Source of the DNA: an uncultured Flavobacteriales bacterium
Lineage (GTDB): Bacteria; Bacteroidota; Bacteroidia; Flavobacteriales; Schleiferiaceae
Length of the DNA: 64,000 nt
Direction: 5' to 3'
Assembly (NCBI GenBank): GCA_905478295.1
Contig: CAJQHZ010000059.1
Location: forward strand, 182-64,181
How positions within the stretch are numbered: the stretch's first letter is position 1; the number at the start of each line of letters is the position of its first letter. A program made the position numbers and the translations under genes. A model generated the notes under the pieces. That model made no database searches and was not told the DNA's origin. It saw only the letters and a list, made by a program, of their open reading frames with translations. Positions 38,031 to 46,224 of the stretch are shown here, piece after piece.

Positions 38031-38573
38031 TTATCCTCCATAATAGGACACTTTAAATTGTGTCACATTCTCACTGGATAAAGTAATAGTAATCACAAAT
38101 TCATTGAGGTAATCATGGATATCTTGAACTGGGATATCAATACTGGCGGGATCAGACATGGGCTGTATCAATCCGCGTTGAGTAAACGTACGTTCAATAT
38201 TGTACGTGCTCATGTGTCTACTAAATAATTTAGCGAACGCAAGTATTTCTGAATTGTAATTACTGACTCCTCGTTTAGTGTAAAGTGATGCTTCCCAATA
38301 AAAGTGTTCACAAGCGCCCTGAGAAACGTAGATGGAGTCTCCATTATTCATAGTAAGAATGCCTTCTGCATAAAGCGGAAAGCATCTAAAAACATATGAC
38401 TTTAATCCTGGTACATTTGAAACTTCATGTTCCTCAAAGTCATAATTAAAGGAACAATTAGGGTCTTTAACACAGGTATCCATAACCCCCTGCATATTTC
38501 CGGGTGAAGCAAATGAAAAGAGTGAACACACAAAAAAAATAGCACACATCAAGAACCGCAGTGAAAATTGCAT
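38031..38573 (-). CDS. Hypothetical secreted protein (orphan by eye)
   Basis: 180 aa. Signal peptide MQFSLRFLMCAIFFVCSLFSFASP and several Cys residues. AT-rich coding sequence. No family recognised. Confidence 0.5.
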   Translation of the reverse strand: MQFSLRFLMCAIFFVCSLFSFASPGNMQGVMDTCVKDPNCSFNYDFEEHEVSNVPGLKSYVFRCFPLYAEGILTMNNGDSIYVSQGACEHFYWEASLYTKRGVSNYNSEILAFAKLFSRHMSTYNIERTFTQRGLIQPMSDPASIDIPVQDIHDYLNEFVITITLSSENVTQFKVSYYGG

Positions 38574-38781
38574 GAGAGGTTGTTTTTAAGTCCTCTCCAA
38601 TATAATGAAAAGGTAAACAGGTGGATATAAACCGGACATAACATCTTATGATGACGAATCCGTTGAGAAAAGAATAATTTTTCTGGGGAGGCCTACTGGA
38701 TTTTTTGCCAGTCGGCAAAAGAACCTGTTCAGCTGCTATTGTATGGGTACATGATGGAAGCAAGCTTCCGCTTGGAGCCAT

Positions 38782-38815
38782 GAAAGAAGCCGCACACCTT
38801 CCAGTGCGCGGCTTC
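38782..38815 (-). terminator. Intrinsic terminator after tRNA-Val
   Basis: 12-bp stem that is complete only in the minus-strand RNA (one G.U pair), GAAGCCGCGCAC/GUGUGCGGCUUC, followed by UUUC. Confidence 0.6.
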
Positions 38816-38822
38816 TTGTTCG

Positions 38823-38897
38823 TGAGCCATACTGGATTCGAACCAGTGACCTCTGCCCTGTCAAGGCAGCGCTCTAAACCAACTGAGCTAATGGCCC
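38823..38897 (-). tRNA. tRNA-Val (anticodon GAC)
   Basis: 75-nt cloverleaf folded by hand: acceptor GGGCCAT/ATGGCTC, D-arm GCTC/GAGC with GG in the loop, anticodon stem CTGCC/GGCAG with loop TTGACAG, T-arm ACTGG-TTCGAAT-CCAGT, discriminator A. CCA is not encoded. Confidence 0.9.
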
Positions 38898-39050
38898 TCA
38901 CTATCTAGGCGCAAATATACCTATGTACGCATGATGCATTACCCATTACCGACTTTTTATTTCGCAAGTAAACCCTCTAGAAACAAATAACTTAGAAAAA
39001 ATGTCGAGCACTCAATTAATTAGTCGACATTTGCACTTTAAATATATATT

Positions 39051-39242
39051 ATGAATCAAGGAACAGTAAAGTTCTTTAACGGAGACAAAGGATTTGGCTT
39101 CATTAAAGACGACGAGTCAAACACAGAGTACTTCGTACACGTAACAGGTTTGGTTGACCAAATCGAAGAAGGCGACAGTGTCGAGTTTGAATTGACAGAA
39201 GGAAAAAAAGGATTAAACGCTGTGAACGTAAAGCAGCTCTAA
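39051..39242 (+). CDS. Cold-shock protein (CspA family)
   Basis: 63 aa. GTVKFFNGDKGFGFI (RNP1) and FVHV (RNP2). Confidence 0.95.
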   Translation: MNQGTVKFFNGDKGFGFIKDDESNTEYFVHVTGLVDQIEEGDSVEFELTEGKKGLNAVNVKQL

Positions 39243-39263
39243 GTTTATATCAGTACATTCCAA

Positions 39264-39290
39264 AGGCCTCCAGAAATGGAGGCCTTTTTT
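39264..39290 (+). terminator. Intrinsic terminator after the csp gene
   Basis: 9-bp stem AGGCCTCCA/TGGAGGCCT with a GAAA loop, followed by TTTTTT. Confidence 0.8.
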
Positions 39291-39310
39291 ATTTCCCATA
39301 GTTTCGCTCA

Positions 39311-39338
39311 TAAAAAAGCCCCAGCGTACGCTGAGGCT
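39311..39338 (-). terminator. Intrinsic terminator after tRNA-Arg
   Basis: Stem AGCCUCAGCG/CGCUGGGGCU (one mismatch) on the minus-strand RNA, followed by UUUUUU. Confidence 0.6.
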
Positions 39339-39343
39339 TTTAG

Positions 39344-39415
39344 TAGCTCCGAAGGGAATCAAACCCTTATCTCAGGCTCCGGAAACCTGCATTCTATTCG
39401 TTGAACTACGGAGCC
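39344..39415 (-). tRNA. tRNA-Arg (anticodon CCG), atypical D and T loops
   Basis: 72-nt cloverleaf folded by hand: acceptor GGCTCCG/CGGAGCT (G1.U72), D-arm GTTC-AACGAATA-GAAT, anticodon stem CAGGT/GCCTG with loop TTCCGGA, T-arm AAGGG-TTTGATT-CCCTT, discriminator A. It has its own terminator downstream. Confidence 0.7.
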
Positions 39416-39441
39416 AAACTTAGTTGGCGAATATCGGTTAA

Positions 39442-41502
39442 TTAGCCGATTACTGCGCCGCTATCTGCGCCGTTTTCTGGAGCCATTAATCTCAAGCTTC
39501 CGTCTCCATCTTCTGCCATTAACAGCATACCCTGGCTTTCAACACCTCGAATTTTACGCGGTGGTAAGTTCATTAGTACCGTCACCTTTTTACCCACCAT
39601 TTCTTCTGGGCTGAAATGCTCGGCAATACCTGAAACTATGGTGCGTTGATCCAGTCCTGTATCTACTAAAAACTTCAATAGACGATCCGCTTTAGGAACG
39701 CGTTCTGCTTCGAGAATGGTTCCCACTCTCAAGTCCATAGACATGAATTGATCAAAAGAAATATCGTCTTTCTGTGGCATATGTGTCTTTTCAGTAGTTG
39801 AAGGTGCCTTTGCTGCCTCATTTGCTGCAGCCGATGCTTGCAACTTTTGACGCTGCGCCTCAACTTGTTCATCTTCAATTTTTGAGAATAATAAGGCGCT
39901 TTCGCCCAATTGTGTTCCAGCAGGAACCACAATTTCTTCGTTAGACTGCTCCCAAGTTGGCACACTACTTTGATTGAGCATGCCGCGTAATTTCAAGGCA
40001 GTGGACGGAAGAAAAGGTTCAAAAACGATGGATGCAATACCCATAATCTGAGTAGCAACGTACAAAGCCGCTCCCGCTCGGGCAGGATCTTGCTTGTACA
40101 CCTTCCAAGGCTCTTGCTCTTGCAGGTATTTATTTCCTAATCGGGCCACGTTCATGGCCTCATTTAAAGCATCGCGGAATTTAAAGGCATCTAATGACTT
40201 TGCAATTCTACGACCGCATTGTGTCATTGTCGCTAACGCTTCACGATCGGCATCCGAAAGTACGCCGGGCTCTTGTACCACACCGTCAAAATATTTGTGC
40301 GTGAGTACCATTACACGATTCACAAAATTACCGAGACCTGCTACCAATTCACTATTGTTACGCGTTTGGAATTCTGCCCAAGTGAAGTCGTTGTCTTTTG
40401 TTTCGGGCATCGTTGCGGTCAATGTATAGCGTAAAACATCTTGCTGCCCAGGGAAATCCTGTAAATATTCATGCAACCAAACCGCCCAATTCTTAGAGGT
40501 GCTTAGTTTCCGGCCTTCGAGATTGAGGAATTCATTAGCGGGTACTTGAGTGGGCAAGGCGTATTCCCCATGCTGCTGAAGCATCGCGGGAAAAATAATA
40601 CAGTGAAATACGATATTATCCTTTCCGATGAAGTGAATGATTTCTGCATCATCACCTTTCCAATATTGCTCCCAGGTATCCGGAAGTAATTCCTGTGTAG
40701 CGCTGATGTATCCTATAGGTGCATCAAACCAAACGTACATGACTTTTCCTTCCGCCCCAGCAACCGGCACAGGTACGCCCCAATCGAGATCGCGTGTCAT
40801 GGCGCGCGGTTGTAATCCATCACCGGCGTTCAACCAACTCATGCATTGCCCCATAACGTTGGGCTTCCAATCTTCGCGGCTTTCTAAAAAAGCCCTTAGC
40901 TCATCTGACAATTCATCCAACGGTAAGAACCAGTTCGTCGTATTACGCAATTCTGGGACTGCGCCACTTAACGTTGATTTGGGTGTAATGAGATCTGTAG
41001 CGTTCAACGATGTACCACAACTTTCACATTGATCTCCGTACGCATCAGCTGCATGACATTTCGGACATTCTCCGGTGATGTAGCGATCCGCTAAAAATTG
41101 GCCCGCTTCAGGATCAAAATATTGCTGCGTTTCTTTCGCTACGAGCGCCTCCTTTTCTAAGAGGTTCGTAAAAAATTCTTGCGCGTTTCTGTGGTGCTGT
41201 TCGCTAGACGTTCGACTGTAATGATCAAAAGCAATTCCGAACTCTTCAAAGGCGCCCTTCATCATTCCATGATAACGGTCTACAACGTCCTGCGGAGTAA
41301 TTCCTTCTTTTTTAGCCTTAATGGTAATAGGTACTCCGTGTTCGTCTGAGCCACAAACAAACTTTACATCACGTCCCCGCATTCGCAAATACCTAACGTA
41401 GATATCTGACGGAAGGTAACACCCAGCGAGGTGACCTATGTGAACGGGGCCGTTAGCATACGGCAATGCCGCAGTGACCATGATTTTTTTGTTCGAACTC
41501 AT
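39442..41502 (-). CDS. metG: Methionine--tRNA ligase
   Basis: 686 aa. HIGH motif ([11 protein letters not shown]), Zn knuckle CPKC...CESC, KMSKS-type loop (RKLSTSKN) and a C-terminal EMAP/tRNA-binding domain. Confidence 0.97.
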   Translation of the reverse strand: MSSNKKIMVTAALPYANGPVHIGHLAGCYLPSDIYVRYLRMRGRDVKFVCGSDEHGVPITIKAKKEGITPQDVVDRYHGMMKGAFEEFGIAFDHYSRTSSEQHHRNAQEFFTNLLEKEALVAKETQQYFDPEAGQFLADRYITGECPKCHAADAYGDQCESCGTSLNATDLITPKSTLSGAVPELRNTTNWFLPLDELSDELRAFLESREDWKPNVMGQCMSWLNAGDGLQPRAMTRDLDWGVPVPVAGAEGKVMYVWFDAPIGYISATQELLPDTWEQYWKGDDAEIIHFIGKDNIVFHCIIFPAMLQQHGEYALPTQVPANEFLNLEGRKLSTSKNWAVWLHEYLQDFPGQQDVLRYTLTATMPETKDNDFTWAEFQTRNNSELVAGLGNFVNRVMVLTHKYFDGVVQEPGVLSDADREALATMTQCGRRIAKSLDAFKFRDALNEAMNVARLGNKYLQEQEPWKVYKQDPARAGAALYVATQIMGIASIVFEPFLPSTALKLRGMLNQSSVPTWEQSNEEIVVPAGTQLGESALLFSKIEDEQVEAQRQKLQASAAANEAAKAPSTTEKTHMPQKDDISFDQFMSMDLRVGTILEAERVPKADRLLKFLVDTGLDQRTIVSGIAEHFSPEEMVGKKVTVLMNLPPRKIRGVESQGMLLMAEDGDGSLRLMAPENGADSGAVIG

Positions 41503-41567
41503 GCTTTTTTGAAACGTTTAAAGCTTACCGCGAAGATAATGCGCTTTTATTGGGTATTTTTCGGCTA

Positions 41568-42410
41568 ATGAAACAAACCGTACCCAGTTTTTTACAACCC
41601 GGAGACACTATTGGGATCAGCGCCACGGCCCGATTCGCAACTGCTGAATCGCTCGCTATCGCGGAACGCACGATCAGTGCTGAAGGCTTTAACTGCTACT
41701 ATTCGCCCGAAATCTCCATGCAGCACCACCAGTTAGCGGGTACTGTAGCGGAACGCGTGCAACACTTTAATGCCTTAATCCATAATCCTAATATCAAGGC
41801 CATATGGAACATTAGAGGAGGATACGGCAGTGCAGAAATTGTAGATTTAGTGGACTGGGATGCGTTGATTGCTCAACCCAAATGGCTGATCGGTTTTTCC
41901 GATTTTACGACCTTTCTGTGTCACGGTGTCCAAAAAGGGATTGCAACGCTGCATGCCCCGATGCCCATCAGTTTTTCAACTACTCATCCTGACGCACTTA
42001 CAGCAACCTTTGATGTACTGCGCGGTAAAGAGGATGCGCTGCATTGTGTTTTGCCCAAAAACATTAGTGGACAGATCATAGCGGGAAACCTAAGCGTAAT
42101 CTCCAGTATTTTGGGCACCCCAAGTCTTCCGAGTTTAGATGATTGTGTGCTGATCATTGAAGATTTAGACGAATACCATTATCACCTTGATCGAATGCTT
42201 TTAGCACTGCGACGCAGGGGCGCATTTAATAAATTACGCGCTGTGGTGTTGGGTGAATTTACAGATATACACGACCACGACATCCCATGGGGTGATGCTA
42301 TTGGTCAAACTTTAAAGAAACATTTTGAAGCAGAAAGTGTCCCAGTCTTTACCCACCCTATCATTAGTCACGGTAAAGAAAATTGGCCCATCATTCTACA
42401 ATCCACGTAA
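41568..42410 (+). CDS. LD-carboxypeptidase (peptidase S66)
   Basis: Start taken at ATG 41568 (the ORF opens at TTG 41550). ...LQPGDTIGISA..., IRGGYGS and nucleophile motif GFSDFT. Confidence 0.8.
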   Translation: MKQTVPSFLQPGDTIGISATARFATAESLAIAERTISAEGFNCYYSPEISMQHHQLAGTVAERVQHFNALIHNPNIKAIWNIRGGYGSAEIVDLVDWDALIAQPKWLIGFSDFTTFLCHGVQKGIATLHAPMPISFSTTHPDALTATFDVLRGKEDALHCVLPKNISGQIIAGNLSVISSILGTPSLPSLDDCVLIIEDLDEYHYHLDRMLLALRRRGAFNKLRAVVLGEFTDIHDHDIPWGDAIGQTLKKHFEAESVPVFTHPIISHGKENWPIILQST

Positions 42411-42526
42411 CTCCGTTGACTTGCAGTATTTCAAATAAGCAAACGCTGTTTTGCGATGCAAGTATTTAAATCTTTAAGTTCTTCACAATCCTAGGAAACG
42501 TCGCTGACCTTTTCCATCTTTTTAGG

Positions 42527-42856
42527 ATGAAGACGTATCAAATTTACGAGAAGCGCGCTGCAGAATTATTACAACGCATGGGGCATACCCTGCACTATCG
42601 GAACTACCGATCTGGACGTTCGCAAATTGATCTCATAACACAACTCGACCGCTGCTTGTACATCGTAGAAGTAAAATACCGGTCCTCATCCGTTACAGAC
42701 TATGAAAATTGGGTAAGTGAGCGGCAATGCCAACGTTTGTTGCAGGCCGGCGCACTCCTTACTGGCACATTTCATTGTACTGAAATTAAATTACTCCTTA
42801 TTGCCTACCAAGGAGAGGGTTTAAAACCCGAAATAATCCCCCTCGCTGTTAACTAA
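42527..42856 (+). CDS. YraN-family (UPF0102) endonuclease-like protein
   Basis: 109 aa. ...GEKRAAELLQRMGHTL...RNYR...G.IDLI......L..VEVKYR... is the YraN pattern. Confidence 0.8.
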   Translation: MKTYQIYEKRAAELLQRMGHTLHYRNYRSGRSQIDLITQLDRCLYIVEVKYRSSSVTDYENWVSERQCQRLLQAGALLTGTFHCTEIKLLLIAYQGEGLKPEIIPLAVN

Positions 42857-42893
42857 AGTTCCACGTAACCGCCTGTGCTGAAGCAAGACCGCC

Positions 42894-42901
42894 TACCTTT
42901 G
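42894..42901 (+). promoter_or_regulatory. Bacteroidota -7 promoter box (TAnnTTTG) upstream of the pseudouridine synthase gene
   Basis: Exact TACCTTTG, 17 nt upstream of the ATG at 42919. Confidence 0.35.
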
Positions 42902-42918
42902 CAAAAAAGTACTACGCC

Positions 42919-43821
42919 ATGCGCAACAGTCGCTCCAACAACAGAAGCCCAAAAAAAGCCGGCACAACTAACCGTTTTGCTGAAGGAAGCAGAGGTCCAC
43001 GTTCGTTTGATAACGACGACCATAACAGTGCTGCGAAAAAAGAATTCAAAGGCGGCGCTGCGAACTACAAGCGTGTGAAACGTCGCAACGCCGAGGATAT
43101 CGCTAGCACGAGCGGCGAAATGCGCTTGAATAGATTTCTTTCACATGCCGGCATTTGTAATCGACGTGAAGCAGATGATTTGATCGCTGCGGGCCTCGTA
43201 CAAGTCAATGGTAAAGTGATCGTTACAATGGGCTATAAAGTGCAGCCTTCCGATGAAGTTAAATACAACGGTTCCCTGATTAAAAGTGAGAAAAAGAAAT
43301 ACTTAGTCCTTAACAAGCCGAAAGGCTTTATCACCTCCATCACTGACAAGAAAGCTAAGAAAACAGTGGAAGAACTGGTCGGTAATGCGTGTCGAGAACG
43401 ACTATATCCTGTGGGAAGTATGGACCGCACTAGTACCGGCGTTTTACTATTTACGAATGACGTGGATTTAGCAAAAAAAATGGCGCATCCAAAAAATGGC
43501 GCTGTTCAAATCATAAGCGTCGTTTTAGATAAACCGCTTCAGAAAACACACCTGACTGCGATTGCAAAGGGAATGGAGTTGGAAGACGGTAAAATAGATG
43601 TTGAAGAAATTAAATACATCGACGAACGTACGAAACGTGAGGTGGGATTACGTTTACATAGTGGTAAGCATCGCCTTGTGAACCGCATCTTTGATAAGTT
43701 TGGCTATACCATTGAAAAAATGGACCGCGTTTCCTTCGCGGGCTTTACTAAGAAAAATCTGAGTCGCGGACAATGGCGTTTTCTAGACCCTAAAGAAGTT
43801 GATTTTCTAAAAACAAGGTAG
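42919..43821 (+). CDS. RsuA/RluB-family rRNA pseudouridine synthase with a basic N-terminal extension
   Basis: 300 aa. S4 domain (MRLNRFLSHAGICNRREADDLIAAGLVQVNGK) and catalytic motif PVGSMDRTSTGVLLFTND. Confidence 0.85.
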   Translation: MRNSRSNNRSPKKAGTTNRFAEGSRGPRSFDNDDHNSAAKKEFKGGAANYKRVKRRNAEDIASTSGEMRLNRFLSHAGICNRREADDLIAAGLVQVNGKVIVTMGYKVQPSDEVKYNGSLIKSEKKKYLVLNKPKGFITSITDKKAKKTVEELVGNACRERLYPVGSMDRTSTGVLLFTNDVDLAKKMAHPKNGAVQIISVVLDKPLQKTHLTAIAKGMELEDGKIDVEEIKYIDERTKREVGLRLHSGKHRLVNRIFDKFGYTIEKMDRVSFAGFTKKNLSRGQWRFLDPKEVDFLKTR

Positions 43822-43824
43822 CCC

Positions 43825-46224
43825 GTGAAGCGAGCGCTGATTTTTATAGGATATTTCGCGCTCACCCTACTACTCTTAGGAGCAGGGGGTGTAGGTTATC
43901 TTTATTCTAATCAAGATAAAATTATCAGCGGAGGTGTTGCAAAGCTCAATGAACAGCTGAAAGCACCGGTGGAGGTAAGTACCATAGAATTGGACCTTTT
44001 TTCAGGATTTCCGCGAGTACGCATCTTACTCAATGCGGTATCCATCGAGGATCCTTTTGGCAGCCAAAAACCGCTAGTTAAGGCCAAGGAAGTTGGCTTA
44101 GGCATGAATGTTCTAAAAGTGCTTCGTGGGACTTATACCATCGAAGAATTGGCGGTTAGCTCTGGAGAAATTCACTTAACGCGATCAAGTCGAGGTGATA
44201 ATTGGGACTTACTAAATAGTACTGACTCATCAAATGCCGATATAAACCTACAATACTTCGAGGCTTTTGAAGTGAATCTGACTTATGACGACGTTTTAGA
44301 TAAGTCTTACTATAGCAGTTCCATAAGCGCAATGTACGCTTCCGGAATCATTGGGAATCGTACCGAGCTATCTCTATGGGCAGATTTAGCGTCTACTAAC
44401 GCAACCCTCGAAGGCGAAGTTTTCCTCGTGAATGCGCCCATAGCAGGAAATATCGAACTAACCATTGACCAAGAGTGGACTCTTTCTACAAGTGACTTAA
44501 CGCTCGACGGAGCGCAGGTCATCCTAAATATTAATCAAGACGGGGGACAGATAAGTGCCGTGCAAATGGACATCCCAAAAGCACTTAACTATGTACCTCT
44601 ATTCGAGATTCCTGAAAAAATTCAACTCAACGGCTTACGCGCAGATTGGAGCTGGGAGGGAACTTGGGACCAGTGGGTGCTCAACTTCGACACGAAGAAT
44701 ACTGCTTTAAATTACAACGGAATTGCAGTGCCTTCGCTTTCTTGCACGGGACAATGGATTTGGGGCGCCGTTCCTGAGCTCAGTATTCCTTCACTTGCAT
44801 TAGAGACCAATACAGGTAAGATTACAGGTTCCCTTGAATTAAAGGGTGACGCTCCTACCCTTTATACCAATCTAGAAGGCGGATCCAACCTAAGCGAACT
44901 GTTTGATTTCATTGAAACGGATCTGCTTGTGAATCCCATGGGCTTCTGGAAAGGCGATAACATTTCGCTTACGCAAGGCTTTCGTTCTTGGGAAGATTTT
45001 ACGCCGGTCGGCAACCCCATTTTCAAAGGGGATATTTCTTTTTTCGAAGGCGCCTTTGCACTCGCTAGTAGTAACATCTCATTTGAAAAAGTCGAAGCGG
45101 AATTGGGCATCGACGGTCGGAATATTCAAATCGATCGGTGTTTCTTACAAAGTGGAGAAAACACAGCCGTAGTCACCGGGACCATTTATAATGCATTAGA
45201 GGCGGACGGCTACCCAAAGGTGGTTTTAAGCTTAGAAAGCCCTACTATTTCCATCGATCCTCTGCTGTATTGGGAATTCGAAGATGACGAATCCGACGAA
45301 GAAACCAGTTTCGATTATTCCGTCGCTGTGAAGGTAGACCATGTTAAGCTTGGTGATTTCAATGGCGCGAATCTCGTGGGTACCCTTTATAATCGGGGTA
45401 ACTGGATCCTGGGAGACGCCATGCGTATTGACGGTTGTGATGGAACATTAGGTGGAAATTGGGCACTGTACGAAGTCGGTTCAGATAACGTGTTTAAAGG
45501 GGATCTATTCGTGAAGTCAATAGAATTGGACCAATTACTGACCAGCTTCAACAGTTTTGATATTGAAGATTTAGACGCCTCCAATCTGCTAGGTGAAGCC
45601 AGTGCTACTGCCACCGTTTCACTAGCCTTTGACAGTGAATGGGAACAACACAGTACAAAAACTGATATCAAAGGTGAAGGAGAGATTAAAGGCGGTACGC
45701 TGCAGAATTATTCACCACTACAGGAATTAAGCGCTTTTATTGATAAAGGCGAATTGGATAAAATTGAGTTTCCCTACCTCGCTTCTACATTTCGTGTTCA
45801 CGGGGATACACTCCTGCTCCCTGAAATGGAGGTAAAAAATAGCGCACTGAATCTCTGGGTGAACGGGTGGCAAGATCTGGAAACCGATGACCTCCGTTAC
45901 AGCGTTCGACTCGGCCTAAAAGATCTCGCTATGCGAGGCAAAAATTCAAATAGAGATTTAGGAAATTGGATCGGGGAGGCAGAGAATGAAAACCAACCTT
46001 ATGTCCGGCTCATTGTAGGGTGCAATTTAGACGACGTATGTATAAGTCTTGACCGGGAACGCATCAATCGAAGCTTCAAAGAAGCCATTCAACAGGAACG
46101 AGAAGACCTGAAAAACATCTTTAAAAAGCCGGAAGAATCGACACCAAAGCCTACTCCAGGAAGCGGGACCTTCGAATTACTCTGGCCGGAACAGGATAGT
46201 CTTAAGGTTCGTTTTACTCATTAG
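43825..46224 (+). CDS. AsmA-family large membrane-anchored protein
   Basis: 799 aa with a GTG start. A single N-terminal TM (ALIFIGYFALTLLLLGAGGVGYLY) is followed by a long beta-rich periplasmic region. Call rests on architecture and size only. Confidence 0.55.
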   Translation: MKRALIFIGYFALTLLLLGAGGVGYLYSNQDKIISGGVAKLNEQLKAPVEVSTIELDLFSGFPRVRILLNAVSIEDPFGSQKPLVKAKEVGLGMNVLKVLRGTYTIEELAVSSGEIHLTRSSRGDNWDLLNSTDSSNADINLQYFEAFEVNLTYDDVLDKSYYSSSISAMYASGIIGNRTELSLWADLASTNATLEGEVFLVNAPIAGNIELTIDQEWTLSTSDLTLDGAQVILNINQDGGQISAVQMDIPKALNYVPLFEIPEKIQLNGLRADWSWEGTWDQWVLNFDTKNTALNYNGIAVPSLSCTGQWIWGAVPELSIPSLALETNTGKITGSLELKGDAPTLYTNLEGGSNLSELFDFIETDLLVNPMGFWKGDNISLTQGFRSWEDFTPVGNPIFKGDISFFEGAFALASSNISFEKVEAELGIDGRNIQIDRCFLQSGENTAVVTGTIYNALEADGYPKVVLSLESPTISIDPLLYWEFEDDESDEETSFDYSVAVKVDHVKLGDFNGANLVGTLYNRGNWILGDAMRIDGCDGTLGGNWALYEVGSDNVFKGDLFVKSIELDQLLTSFNSFDIEDLDASNLLGEASATATVSLAFDSEWEQHSTKTDIKGEGEIKGGTLQNYSPLQELSAFIDKGELDKIEFPYLASTFRVHGDTLLLPEMEVKNSALNLWVNGWQDLETDDLRYSVRLGLKDLAMRGKNSNRDLGNWIGEAENENQPYVRLIVGCNLDDVCISLDRERINRSFKEAIQQEREDLKNIFKKPEESTPKPTPGSGTFELLWPEQDSLKVRFTH

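Noticed and set aside
38574-38822. Possible genomic-island integration site at tRNA-Val
   Set aside because: There is no integrase, transposase or phage gene on either side, and I did not see a direct repeat of the tRNA 3' end. Only one AT-rich orphan gene lies nearby, which is not enough to call an island.
38467-38908. 144-aa minus-strand and 67-aa plus-strand ORFs spanning the tRNA-Val region
   Set aside because: They read straight through a well-folded tRNA-Val gene and its terminator, and they overlap the 5' end of the neighbouring CDS. They are spurious.
42422-42471. Imperfect 15-nt direct repeat (TGCAGTATTTCAAAT / TGCAAGTATTTAAAT) upstream of the yraN-like gene
   Set aside because: It is short, AT-rich, needs an indel to align, and sits in an AT-rich intergenic region. 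It is indistinguishable from chance without comparative data.
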